DNA from: a virus
Strand: one strand, 5' to 3'
Length of the DNA: 64,000 bases
Virus record (IMG/VR): IMGVR_UViG_3300022723_000207
Coordinates: 1 to 64,000 of that record
Shown here: positions 30,558 through 39,447 of the stretch, one piece after another
Numbering within the stretch: position 1 is the first letter of the stretch
Layout: the number at the start of each line of letters is the position of its first letter
Made by a program: the position numbers and the translations under genes
The notes under the pieces: generated by a model
Database searches by the model: none
What the model was told of the DNA's origin: nothing
What the model saw: only the letters and a program-made list of their open reading frames with translations

Positions 30558-30583
30558 GGGATTAAAGCAGTATTTAACTTTTT

Positions 30584-31906
30584 ATGGCCGAAGAGTTCAC
30601 GGAATTTGAAGAAGAGCAGATAGTATTATTAGCTCTTGATAGTCCTGATTTTTTCTATCGTATTGCTAGATTCATGCAGCCTGGTTATTTTGAATCAGAT
30701 ATACATCAATATATTATGACTTCATATTTGGAATATTATGAGAAATTTGATGATGTTCCAACCAAGGAAGTATTGAAGAACTTAATTTATCGAGAGCTTA
30801 AATCAGACGATGAATTAGCTGAGCCAGTTATTGATGTTTTAAACAAGGAGATCGATCCTAGGAATAGTAAGTATATTCGCGATACAGTTGTTAAGTGGGC
30901 TAGGATTAAGCAGTTGGCTGAGTTATATGATGAGGAAGTAATGGAGGCTGTTAATGATGGTCAAATAGAGAGTGTTGAAGAAATATTTGAAAAAGCAATG
31001 GCCATTTCTGATGTGGTGATTAAACCATTTCGATTTTTTGAAGATGTAGATGAATTATTTATCGAAGATGAAAGAGAATACTATACGTCTGGATTTACTA
31101 GGCTAGACGGTTTTATTCATGACAATCGTGGGCCAGCTAGAAGAGAAGTTTTTATTTGGGTTGCACCTACGGGTGTCGGTAAGTCTATCATGCTTGTGAA
31201 TACAGCAGTTGCTAATATCTTGGACGGCAAGAATGTATTGCATGTCTCATTAGAGAATAGCGAAAAAGTAACTGGTCATCGCTATCTTGGCGCTTTTACT
31301 GATATGGCGATTGCTAATCGGAAAGTAAAAGAAGAACAAATGAAGGACAAGCTGCGGAAGATAAGTCTGTCTGATGGCTCTGGTGATTTGTTTATTACTT
31401 ATTTCCCAACAGATACAATATCGGTTAGAGAGATCGAACTGACGATTACGGAATTGAAGCGCCATCATGGATTTGTTCCAGATGTTATTGTCGTCGATTA
31501 TTTAGAGTGCCTGATATCTAAAAATCCATACAAGAATCGTGAAGAGTATTCGCGTCAGAAAGCTGTGTCAGCTGAGCTTAGACAATTAGCGGCAGTCACA
31601 AACACTATGCTTTATTCAGCTTCGCAAACAAATAGATCTGGTTCTACTTCCGCAGATAATAATGAAAACATTAACCTTGATAAGTTAGCAGAATCTTTTG
31701 GTAAAGCTATGCCCCTTGACTACGTGGTAAGTATCAATCAGAGTCAGAGGCAATACCAGTCTGATTCTGACTCTTCTAATTCGCATATTGGGCACGTGCG
31801 GTTTTTCTTTGCAAAAAATAGAAACGGTCCTAAGTTTAAAGTGGTTAATGCTAGAATTAATTATGCCACCATGAAGGCTCTCCAGGAGCAGGCCAGTGAT
31901 TCCTAA
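30584..31906 (+). CDS. DnaB/gp41-type replicative helicase
   Basis: Walker A APTGVGKS, HVSLE, IVVDYLE, SASQTNR, LAESFGK, KNRNG. Confidence 0.92.
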   Translation: MAEEFTEFEEEQIVLLALDSPDFFYRIARFMQPGYFESDIHQYIMTSYLEYYEKFDDVPTKEVLKNLIYRELKSDDELAEPVIDVLNKEIDPRNSKYIRDTVVKWARIKQLAELYDEEVMEAVNDGQIESVEEIFEKAMAISDVVIKPFRFFEDVDELFIEDEREYYTSGFTRLDGFIHDNRGPARREVFIWVAPTGVGKSIMLVNTAVANILDGKNVLHVSLENSEKVTGHRYLGAFTDMAIANRKVKEEQMKDKLRKISLSDGSGDLFITYFPTDTISVREIELTITELKRHHGFVPDVIVVDYLECLISKNPYKNREEYSRQKAVSAELRQLAAVTNTMLYSASQTNRSGSTSADNNENINLDKLAESFGKAMPLDYVVSINQSQRQYQSDSDSSNSHIGHVRFFFAKNRNGPKFKVVNARINYATMKALQEQASDS

Positions 31907-32207
31907 TGATGGTTCAGAAATAATTGTTGATGATATTAAGCAGAAAGTGATCTATTATTTGGTACCCAAGGATGATGGTGATGTATTGATAGTTGACTTG
32001 CCAGAGATAGTGCATGAGGATATCGATGCTTGGATAAATGATGGTAAGAAAGATTTGTACTTGAATACGATTAAGCGCAAGTTTACTTTTAGAGATGCCT
32101 TAGTTGATAAACAAGTAATAGGTGTAAATAGATATGGAATGACAAGCAGAAATCTTAGAGTATCTTATTCAACGATGCTTTTTGGATTTCATAGGAGAAG
32201 TGAGTAA
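31896..32207 (+). CDS. Hypothetical protein
   Basis: Overlapping ORF in the replication operon. Confidence 0.6.
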   Translation: MIPNDGSEIIVDDIKQKVIYYLVPKDDGDVLIVDLPEIVHEDIDAWINDGKKDLYLNTIKRKFTFRDALVDKQVIGVNRYGMTSRNLRVSYSTMLFGFHRRSE

Positions 32208-32860
32208 TGCCAGTATATCAATATGTATGCGATGATTGTTCAACTGACGGAAAGATCAAGAAGAGCGATCTATATGATCGCGAAGAAGATACCGCTGGCT
32301 ATCATCCAAATGGGTCGTATTTATTCTTTAAGAACTATCCTATGAAGAAAATGGTTCCCAAGCCTAAATGCCCGAAATGTGGTGGGGCCAATACTTCTCG
32401 TTCATATCATGATATTAATCTGGTTTGTTATATTCGTGGTGACGGTATTGTTAAAGATAGGGCTGGTGCTAGAAGAGATATGAATAGGCATCATCTTCAA
32501 AATGGTGATCCGTATGGTTACATGCGTCAACCAGGTGAAGTGGACCACATGTTAGATCAAATTAGAGATGCTGGTCGCGATATGTCTAAAATTCGCTCTG
32601 AGGCAGCGTCAACTTCTAGAGAGACAGCTAAAAGAGCGCGTCGGATGCAACAAGATGATTTACCACGCGATCAAGAAAGAGTTCTTATTAAGATAGAAGA
32701 ACTAGGAGGGTCTTGTCGTTTTAGTGATTTATCTGAATTTGATGATGTTAGTGGTTTGTTGAATAAATTGATGCCCGAATTTGTTTGTGAATCTAAAGAT
32801 ATTTTTATGTTGATGGCTGCTGGTAGGGCATATGTGGACAATATTCTTAACCCAGATTAA
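32207..32860 (+). CDS. FmdB-like zinc-ribbon protein
   Basis: MPVYQYVCDDC...CPKCGG; GGAG RBS. Confidence 0.7.
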   Translation: MPVYQYVCDDCSTDGKIKKSDLYDREEDTAGYHPNGSYLFFKNYPMKKMVPKPKCPKCGGANTSRSYHDINLVCYIRGDGIVKDRAGARRDMNRHHLQNGDPYGYMRQPGEVDHMLDQIRDAGRDMSKIRSEAASTSRETAKRARRMQQDDLPRDQERVLIKIEELGGSCRFSDLSEFDDVSGLLNKLMPEFVCESKDIFMLMAAGRAYVDNILNPD

Positions 32861-32868
32861 AAAGTGAG

Positions 32869-33966
32869 ATGGATGTTCTAATAGTTCAATGGGGAAATAA
32901 GAGGCCAGAAGAAGTACTTATTACTAATCTTGAGAAATGTAAAAAGATAACTCTTTGGAAGAAAGGGTCTGATTTAACCATTCAGGAAGTATTAGATAAT
33001 GAAAAAAGGTTGATTGATATAGTAAATGATAAAGATGATTTGACAATAGTAGAATATAAGAAATATTGTGACTACTTTGGGGTTGCTAGATCTCAGCAGT
33101 TATATGATTGTCCTCTTGATTTTGATGATTTAAAACATGGATTAAAATTAATTGCGTTAGATAGGAATAATCTTGGTAAAGAATGGCAAGCTATTCGTGC
33201 TGATGCTGCAGAAGCTTATATGGCTATTGAGAAAAGAGGGATTCTTGTTAGTGGTATACCTAAATTTCCTAAATATTCAATGGATGTTTATAGTGGGCGC
33301 TCTAAGACTACATCTTTCAACATCCAGGGATTAGGCCCTGGCTATGAGATAGAACACCCGGATATTAAAAATAATATTTTTGTTCGTTTTGATTGGGTTG
33401 CAGCTGATATGCGTATGGCATCCTATTTGTCAGAAGACAAGGAATTGATGGGTAGCTATAATACTGCCGACCCGTATGCATATATAATGGATTGTTTGGG
33501 TGATAAGATTGACAGAGATCAGTGCAAATTGGCTTTAAATAGGGCGGTTAATTCATTAAACAATAATGATTTGATATTGAAGATATTTCCCAAATTTGGT
33601 TCATGGATCCAAGATCAAAAGAGGAACTTAGAGAAATTAGGGTACGCTAGATCTATTATGGGTAGAAGGTTTTACACGGATAGAACCCTAAAGGGAGACA
33701 GAAGAGCCTTTAATGGTACATTACAAGGTAGCGTAGCGCATGCAATGCAAAACACGGTGTCGAGAGTTACGAGATCGTGTGGTAATATTATCATTACGGA
33801 ACAGCACGACTCTTTGACGATTGCTATTTCTGAACCTCGGTTGATGAAGACCATCAGAAAAATTACGGAGATAATGCTTAATCCTATTGATGGTGTGACA
33901 ATGCCGCTGACGGTTGAGGTTGGCAGGTCTTGGGGTACTTACAAAAGATTTAAGGAGTTTCGATGA
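32869..33966 (+). CDS. Minimal, divergent family A DNA polymerase domain
   Basis: SGRSKT, NIQG, motif A DWVAADMR, ARSIMGRR, AFNGTLQGSVA, motif C QHDSL. Confidence 0.75.
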   Translation: MDVLIVQWGNKRPEEVLITNLEKCKKITLWKKGSDLTIQEVLDNEKRLIDIVNDKDDLTIVEYKKYCDYFGVARSQQLYDCPLDFDDLKHGLKLIALDRNNLGKEWQAIRADAAEAYMAIEKRGILVSGIPKFPKYSMDVYSGRSKTTSFNIQGLGPGYEIEHPDIKNNIFVRFDWVAADMRMASYLSEDKELMGSYNTADPYAYIMDCLGDKIDRDQCKLALNRAVNSLNNNDLILKIFPKFGSWIQDQKRNLEKLGYARSIMGRRFYTDRTLKGDRRAFNGTLQGSVAHAMQNTVSRVTRSCGNIIITEQHDSLTIAISEPRLMKTIRKITEIMLNPIDGVTMPLTVEVGRSWGTYKRFKEFR

Positions 33967-34169
33967 GCAAGAAACTATCTAAAGATCAAAAGCGTAATAA
34001 GAAACTCAATAAGAAGAAGTCTAAGAAGAGGCGTTGGGAAGAGCGGTGTGTTAATAGATTGATAGAAGCGGCGGAAGAATATAACCGTCTAAAGACTCAG
34101 GAAAATTCTGAGGTATTTGATAAAGAGAATCCGGAGTCTGATGATGAAGAACAAGTGGTGGGAGAATAA
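33963..34169 (+). CDS. Small basic protein
   Basis: AAGGAG RBS; Lys-rich N-terminus. Confidence 0.55.
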   Translation: MSKKLSKDQKRNKKLNKKKSKKRRWEERCVNRLIEAAEEYNRLKTQENSEVFDKENPESDDEEQVVGE

Positions 34170-34620
34170 CGTAGATTCAGATATTGCTGACGTAATTATT
34201 GATCTTAGGGCTACCTTGAGTGGCAAAAAGGTCAGCAAGAATTGGGTTGATGATTTGGCCCTTAATTATGAAAATCTCGATAGAGATATGGAAGATATTC
34301 CTACCGTATTAGCGTTTTGGGGCGCAGTATTGGCGGAAGCTAGAAAACAGCGTGGCATTAATAGAATGAAGATGGATATTCGTAGGTCTAAAGTGCTTGA
34401 AGGTACCAAGGAACTTGCAAAAGAAGGAATTAAATTAACGGTTAGTGATAAAGATAACATTGTTAATGTGGACCAAAAGTATATGGCTCTTGGAACCAAA
34501 GAGATCGAATTGGATGCCACGATTTCCAAGCTATTTGGAATTGTAGATGCCCTCAAGATTAAGGCTGATAATTTGCGTTCTTTTGCAGCCATGAAGAGAG
34601 CGGAATTACACAACACATGA
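34141..34620 (+). CDS. UvsY-like recombination mediator
   Basis: Helical KLTVSDKDNIVNVDQKY...VDALKIKADNLRS; adjacent to the SSB gene. Confidence 0.6.
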   Translation: MMKNKWWENNVDSDIADVIIDLRATLSGKKVSKNWVDDLALNYENLDRDMEDIPTVLAFWGAVLAEARKQRGINRMKMDIRRSKVLEGTKELAKEGIKLTVSDKDNIVNVDQKYMALGTKEIELDATISKLFGIVDALKIKADNLRSFAAMKRAELHNT

Positions 34621-34640
34621 TTTTAAGCAAATGTAAGGCA

Positions 34641-34747
34641 TACTAGAGACAAGCTAGAAATACTAGAGCGTATTTCAAAATAAACCAGAGATCTGAGGAT
34701 GTTCCTCAGAACGAAGAGACAGCCAGAACAACTAGAGGAGACTAGAG
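34641..34747 (+). promoter_or_regulatory. SSB leader with ACTAGAG repeats and a hairpin
   Basis: ACTAGAG at 34642, 34662, 34731 and 34741; hairpin tctgagga-tgt-tcctcaga at 34692-34710. Confidence 0.55.
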
Positions 34748-35863
34748 ATGGCGCTTTCACGAAGTGAAAAGCAGAAGCTTCTGCAAAAGATGAGGGAAAC
34801 CAAAGCCAAGAAGGGTGGCGGATTCCGGGACCCCAATGAATGGCGTCCCAAGTTTGAGAAAGATAAAGATTTAACTTATCGCATTCATATCTTGCCACCA
34901 TTGTTGGAGGGTGACGAGTGCATTGGTAAAGATGGTAAAACCACTAAATGTGAGAAAGACTGGGACCTATATTATTACCAGCGTGGTGGCCATTTTATTA
35001 ATAAGAAGATCCACGAGTGTCCAAGAGTGCGTGATGGCGGCGAATGCCCCATGTGTTCTATCGGTTTTGATTTAATGCGCGAAAGTGATGATAAAGAAGT
35101 TCGTAAGCAGATCGCTAAAGAGTGGCTCTCTCAAGAGTCCCATGTTGTGAACATTTACTTCCCTGACCATAAAGACAATCCATCCGATTTGCGTGGTAAT
35201 GTGATGTATTGGCGTTTACCTATGGCTATTTTCCGCCAGTGTGAAGATGCTTTTGATCGTGATGATGACGGTGGCGATGATGACGACCCATTAGCATTTG
35301 GGCTGTTTTTTGATCCGGAAGAAAGCTTCCCGATTAAAATCACTCTGCGCGAAAAGGCTGGATACAATAATTATGATGACTCCAAGCTCTTAGGCAAGAG
35401 CAGAGCATTAGCTGATTCTGAAAGTGAAATTGAAGAGATTTTAGCTAAGCGTATTGATGTGCCAGAGCGGTATCCTAAGCCTGATATTAAAGAGCTGCAA
35501 AAGATTGCTGACGCTAAGATGTCTGGTGACACTGACGGGTCGTCTGGCTTTGATGAAGATGATAACTCTTCCAAGGAAAATAAGAAGGTTCAAGAGTCTA
35601 AAGAAGAACCTGAGAGTAAAGATGACTCAGATGGCTCAGAAGAGGATGAGAAGAAGAAAAAGAAGGAAGAGGCCCTTAAAAAGCAGCGGGAAGCCAAGAA
35701 GAAGAGGGAAGAAGCTGCCAAGAAAGAAGCTGAAGAGTCTAAGGATGACGATGACGATGACGATGATGATGGTGATTCAAAGTCTAAGTCTAAATCCAAG
35801 GATGACGATGACGACGATGAATTAGATCCCGAGATGGCTGCCCTTCTTGAAGATCTTGCTTAA
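34748..35863 (+). CDS. gp32-like single-stranded DNA-binding protein
   Basis: WRP...RIHILP, H...C...CPMC zinc site, GYNNYDDS, long acidic C-terminal tail. Confidence 0.8.
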   Translation: MALSRSEKQKLLQKMRETKAKKGGGFRDPNEWRPKFEKDKDLTYRIHILPPLLEGDECIGKDGKTTKCEKDWDLYYYQRGGHFINKKIHECPRVRDGGECPMCSIGFDLMRESDDKEVRKQIAKEWLSQESHVVNIYFPDHKDNPSDLRGNVMYWRLPMAIFRQCEDAFDRDDDGGDDDDPLAFGLFFDPEESFPIKITLREKAGYNNYDDSKLLGKSRALADSESEIEEILAKRIDVPERYPKPDIKELQKIADAKMSGDTDGSSGFDEDDNSSKENKKVQESKEEPESKDDSDGSEEDEKKKKKEEALKKQREAKKKREEAAKKEAEESKDDDDDDDDDGDSKSKSKSKDDDDDDELDPEMAALLEDLA

Positions 35864-35889
35864 TAATATCGAATGAGTTTTTTGGTCTT

Positions 35890-35918
35890 GCTTGCGGGAG
35901 GCGCTGCCTCCCGCAAGC
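35890..35918. terminator. Stem-loop after the SSB gene
   Basis: gcttgcgggaggc-gct-gcctcccgcaagc, a 13-bp perfect stem. Confidence 0.75.
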
Positions 35919-35932
35919 TGTATTTGAATTAT

Positions 35933-36748
35933 ATGTATGACAATATTTTAGTTGATGGTAAGAACATTGTGTGCAGGGCAACTATGGCTGCCCGTAGTGG
36001 GGGATTTAAAGTACATCCTGTCACAATAATGATTAGAATGATGGATCGCTGGCGTAGAACTTTTGATCCAAAACATTGGAGAATATTCTGGGATGTGCCT
36101 AAAGAAACTTTGTGGCGCAGGGAGATATATTCAGAATATAAGGAAGGAAGGCCAGAATATGATAAAGTTGTCCACGGTTATATAAAAGATAGCCAGAAGA
36201 TTGCGGCTCTGGTTTTTGCTAACATGGCAATGACGCAATATATTAAAAAATGTCATGAAGCTGATGACTTAGTATATGCTTTTGTTGTTGGTCATTTAGA
36301 CCAAAATAACTTGGTGGTTACTAGCGATGGCGATGCTACACAAATACCTTACCATTTGGGGGTAGATCTATTTAACCCCGGCAATAAAGATGGGAATGTT
36401 GAACCTATTCCGGAATACGATCCAGTTGTGGTGAAATCATTAGCTGGGGATAAATCCGATAATATACCTAATTATCGGCTTATTAGAGATTTATCAGCGT
36501 ACAAAATAATCGACAAAGGCATTGATGAATTTTTAGATGAAAGAGGAAGGGAATTATTTGATAGAAATAAGAAACTGGTAGATCTATCTTATAATCCGTA
36601 TTTAGATGAAAATATTGAATATGTTAAGAGTGTAAAAGAAAATGACTCTTTTGACATCCAAAAAATAAGAAAATTAATCGCTAAATATAATATAGATGGT
36701 TTGAGTGGTGACTTGGTTACGAGGGTCAGACCGTTCAAAAATATTTAA
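35933..36748 (+). CDS. 5'-3' exonuclease / T4 RNase H-like FEN
   Basis: ILVDGKN, WRREIYSEYKEGR, HEADD, VTSDGD, LAGDKSDNIP; ATG at 35933. Confidence 0.9.
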   Translation: MYDNILVDGKNIVCRATMAARSGGFKVHPVTIMIRMMDRWRRTFDPKHWRIFWDVPKETLWRREIYSEYKEGRPEYDKVVHGYIKDSQKIAALVFANMAMTQYIKKCHEADDLVYAFVVGHLDQNNLVVTSDGDATQIPYHLGVDLFNPGNKDGNVEPIPEYDPVVVKSLAGDKSDNIPNYRLIRDLSAYKIIDKGIDEFLDERGRELFDRNKKLVDLSYNPYLDENIEYVKSVKENDSFDIQKIRKLIAKYNIDGLSGDLVTRVRPFKNI

Positions 36749-36760
36749 ACGGAGGACGCA

Positions 36761-37030
36761 ATGGCTGTTCGAACTGCGATAATGAGATTGGTTAATGTAG
36801 ATTCTAGCGGAAATATTGTGTATAAGGACAATGCAACTATTGCCCAAGTGATGGCACATGCAGCTCCGCAGCTTAGAGTGTTCGAATTTCAATCTGGCTC
36901 AGCCCCAAATGCTGCTAAAAACAATTCAAAGACCGCACCTACTTTACATGAATACTTGAATCTTGAAGATGATGATGGATATGAATTATGGCATCTAGAT
37001 CAGACTTTTGTGATTACGCACATTCCTTAA
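36761..37030 (+). CDS. Hypothetical protein
   Basis: GGAGG RBS; 89 aa. Confidence 0.65.
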   Translation: MAVRTAIMRLVNVDSSGNIVYKDNATIAQVMAHAAPQLRVFEFQSGSAPNAAKNNSKTAPTLHEYLNLEDDDGYELWHLDQTFVITHIP

Positions 37031-37045
37031 ATTGATATATAATGT

Positions 37046-37633
37046 ATGTCATCGTGGAAAGCAGCCGAAAGCAGAATAGGAATCTGGTTTGGTGCTAAGG
37101 GAATTAAAAAATCTGGTCGAGTACCGTTAAGTGGTGGCGGTTCTGGTACTTCGCGTAGCGATTCACCACATAGAACGGTTTTTATAGAATCTAAAAGAGA
37201 TAAGCGATATCATTCGGTTATCAGATTATGGAAGAATAATAGGAAAAATAAAGGTTTGCATGTGCAGGCATTACCTGTCGCTGAACACGGCAAAATAACC
37301 GCCAAAACAAGTGATTTATGGTGCTTTCATAATTCTGATATGGAAGCGATCGTTAATGCACTGAATAACGATGAAGAAATTACCATCCATAGTTGGAAGG
37401 GCAACTATCCAAGTGCATTAACGTTGTATAAAGAAGCATTGTCAATAAAGAACTCCACTATTTTAGATAGGGATAAACAAGTAGTTTGCTGTAGTTTAGT
37501 TTATCATCGCAGTCCTGGATTTTGGATTATTATTAATAAAAATGACATAATTAAATGTTGGGATTTGATATTGCTGGAGAGAGAATATAGAGAAGAATTG
37601 ATTAGAGAAGAAGAATTATTTCAAGGAGAATAA
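37046..37633 (+). CDS. PD-(D/E)XK nuclease, Holliday-junction resolvase-like
   Basis: WKAAE...RVPLSGG...SD...FIESK. Confidence 0.65.
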   Translation: MSSWKAAESRIGIWFGAKGIKKSGRVPLSGGGSGTSRSDSPHRTVFIESKRDKRYHSVIRLWKNNRKNKGLHVQALPVAEHGKITAKTSDLWCFHNSDMEAIVNALNNDEEITIHSWKGNYPSALTLYKEALSIKNSTILDRDKQVVCCSLVYHRSPGFWIIINKNDIIKCWDLILLEREYREELIREEELFQGE

Positions 37634-37634
37634 A

Positions 37635-37817
37635 ATGGGATGCGGTTGTGGCAAAAAGAAAGTCAAAGTCAATATTAAAAATTCTAAGTTGCGCAAAGCA
37701 TGCCCTAAATGTAGAACCTTGATGGGATACAAGCAGTTATACTCTCCTAAGATGAAACGATATATAAAGAAGTGGGAGTGCCCAAGATGCAAACACACGG
37801 AAGTTTTGAAGAAATAG
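37635..37817 (+). CDS. Small Cys-rich zinc-binding protein
   Basis: MGCGCG, CPKC, CPRC; AAGGAG RBS. Confidence 0.65.
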   Translation: MGCGCGKKKVKVNIKNSKLRKACPKCRTLMGYKQLYSPKMKRYIKKWECPRCKHTEVLKK

Positions 37818-38176
37818 CAATCTTTATTCTGCTATGGATATTTTTCATAGTCTTTGCGGAGTCGCTAACACAAATCCTTTTGCATGCAGGACCGCTTGAG
37901 CCTATTAGAGCATTTTTGGCTCGCCAGAGTCGATTTCTGGCTGATCTTTTAGGATGCGGATATTGCTTTTCAGTTTGGGTTGCTTTTTCGATTGCGTGGG
38001 TATTGCCATCTCCCGTTGGTTTAGCTTTGTCTTTTGGTATATCTAATGATTTTTTAATATTCGTGGAAGATAATTTGTGGTGGTTTGTGAATGGATTGAT
38101 ACTACACAGATTGGCTAATGTGTTCCACGATAGAGTAACTAGTGTACCAGAAATAGAGGTCATTGATGAAGAATAG
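37787..38176 (+). CDS. DUF1360-like membrane protein
   Basis: Hydrophobic helices and LLGCGYCFSVWVA. Confidence 0.65.
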   Translation: MQTHGSFEEIAIFILLWIFFIVFAESLTQILLHAGPLEPIRAFLARQSRFLADLLGCGYCFSVWVAFSIAWVLPSPVGLALSFGISNDFLIFVEDNLWWFVNGLILHRLANVFHDRVTSVPEIEVIDEE

Positions 38177-38180
38177 ACGG

Positions 38181-38648
38181 ATGAGATCTGATGTTAAGGT
38201 TGAGGATCACCTTAAGCCGGTTGTCATTAATAATATTCAGGATATTCGTAGGGCGATAATGCCTTTTGTTAGAGAGGTTCCTGAAGGTAAGGTAGACATT
38301 GAAGGTAAGGTAGATTGGACTGATGAGGATGGTAAGAAACATTCTACTGATGTTAAGTCATATAGCTCTGACGCAAGTATGCGCAAAGGCTTGATTGATG
38401 GATTTGAGCATGTTAAAGAACAAGAAGAGATGTGGAATCGGCTTTATAATGTGCTAGATGATGATGAATATAGTGCTACTTTGCCTAAAGTGAATGTTGA
38501 CAGTATGTCTCTTCCAGTAGACCGCATTATCAAACAACGTCTTGGTGGTCGTAGAGAGGGTATGACGGTGGTCTGGAATTTATCGACTAGAAAAGTGGTA
38601 TTTGATCCTTATAGTAAGAAGTTAGAAGAGATACCATTGGAGGAATAA
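38181..38648 (+). CDS. Hypothetical protein
   Basis: Tightly packed ORF in the operon. Confidence 0.6.
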   Translation: MRSDVKVEDHLKPVVINNIQDIRRAIMPFVREVPEGKVDIEGKVDWTDEDGKKHSTDVKSYSSDASMRKGLIDGFEHVKEQEEMWNRLYNVLDDDEYSATLPKVNVDSMSLPVDRIIKQRLGGRREGMTVVWNLSTRKVVFDPYSKKLEEIPLEE

Positions 38649-38923
38649 TGGCTAGAGACGTTCAAGTTGATCTTATTGAGCATGGCTCCATGAATATGTG
38701 GGTGCCTAAAGTCGGTGATATGATTTTTAAAGATGGCGGTCTCTTTAGATGGTGTGGGGTTATTGACGGTATTAAAGATGATAATGCAAGTGTTAGGAAG
38801 TCTGGCAACCCGACTTTGTTGTTGACTGGCGATTATAAAGCTGAGATCATAAATGTCCAAAAAATCAAGCATGCCAGGATGGGTTCATATTTTGTAGTTT
38901 CTGGTGGTACTTATTATGTATGA
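38648..38923 (+). CDS. Hypothetical protein (SH3/KOW-like)
   Basis: PKVGDMIF...GVID; GGAGG RBS. Confidence 0.6.
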   Translation: MARDVQVDLIEHGSMNMWVPKVGDMIFKDGGLFRWCGVIDGIKDDNASVRKSGNPTLLLTGDYKAEIINVQKIKHARMGSYFVVSGGTYYV

Positions 38924-39447
38924 GCTTTACTATACCAGATTTTGTTGACTATCCTGAGCTTTATAATGTTAGCGATAACCTTAAATTATTTAAGGGTGTT
39001 TTTGTATATGTCATCGAGCCTTATCCTGTAAAAGGTTATAGTTTATATATTGGCTTTAGGGAAGATTATAGCTTTTTCAGAATTGCTGATTTTAAGTCTA
39101 AGGAAATTGGTAAAGATGATTTAGATCAGCAGTCTCAAACTGTATTAGCCTGGTCTGCATTATTGAAAGAAGTGATGAAGTCAGCGCGAGTTACTGATGC
39201 CCTGTTTTATTTTTCGGCAGGAAAAGATTTAAGGTTAGTGGATGTCATGATGTCAGCCAATAAATTTCTTGGACCAGGTATGTTAAAAGACTTGTTTGCT
39301 AGTGTTGTGCCTACTCAAGAGGTAATAACTCATGTTGTTTTAGATGATGAAGAAATATCTAAATACAAAGGTAAGATAGTGAAGCCTAGTAGGTTCAGGT
39401 ATCTTACTGAAGAAGGATTAGTCAGGCCACAATACGGAATTATATAG
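38920..39447 (+). CDS. Hypothetical protein
   Basis: ATGA overlap; 175 aa. Confidence 0.6.
   Translation: MSFTIPDFVDYPELYNVSDNLKLFKGVFVYVIEPYPVKGYSLYIGFREDYSFFRIADFKSKEIGKDDLDQQSQTVLAWSALLKEVMKSARVTDALFYFSAGKDLRLVDVMMSANKFLGPGMLKDLFASVVPTQEVITHVVLDDEEISKYKGKIVKPSRFRYLTEEGLVRPQYGII

Noticed and set aside
35873-35932. Track start of the exonuclease ORF
   Set aside because: It runs through a terminator-like hairpin; the domain starts at ATG 35933.
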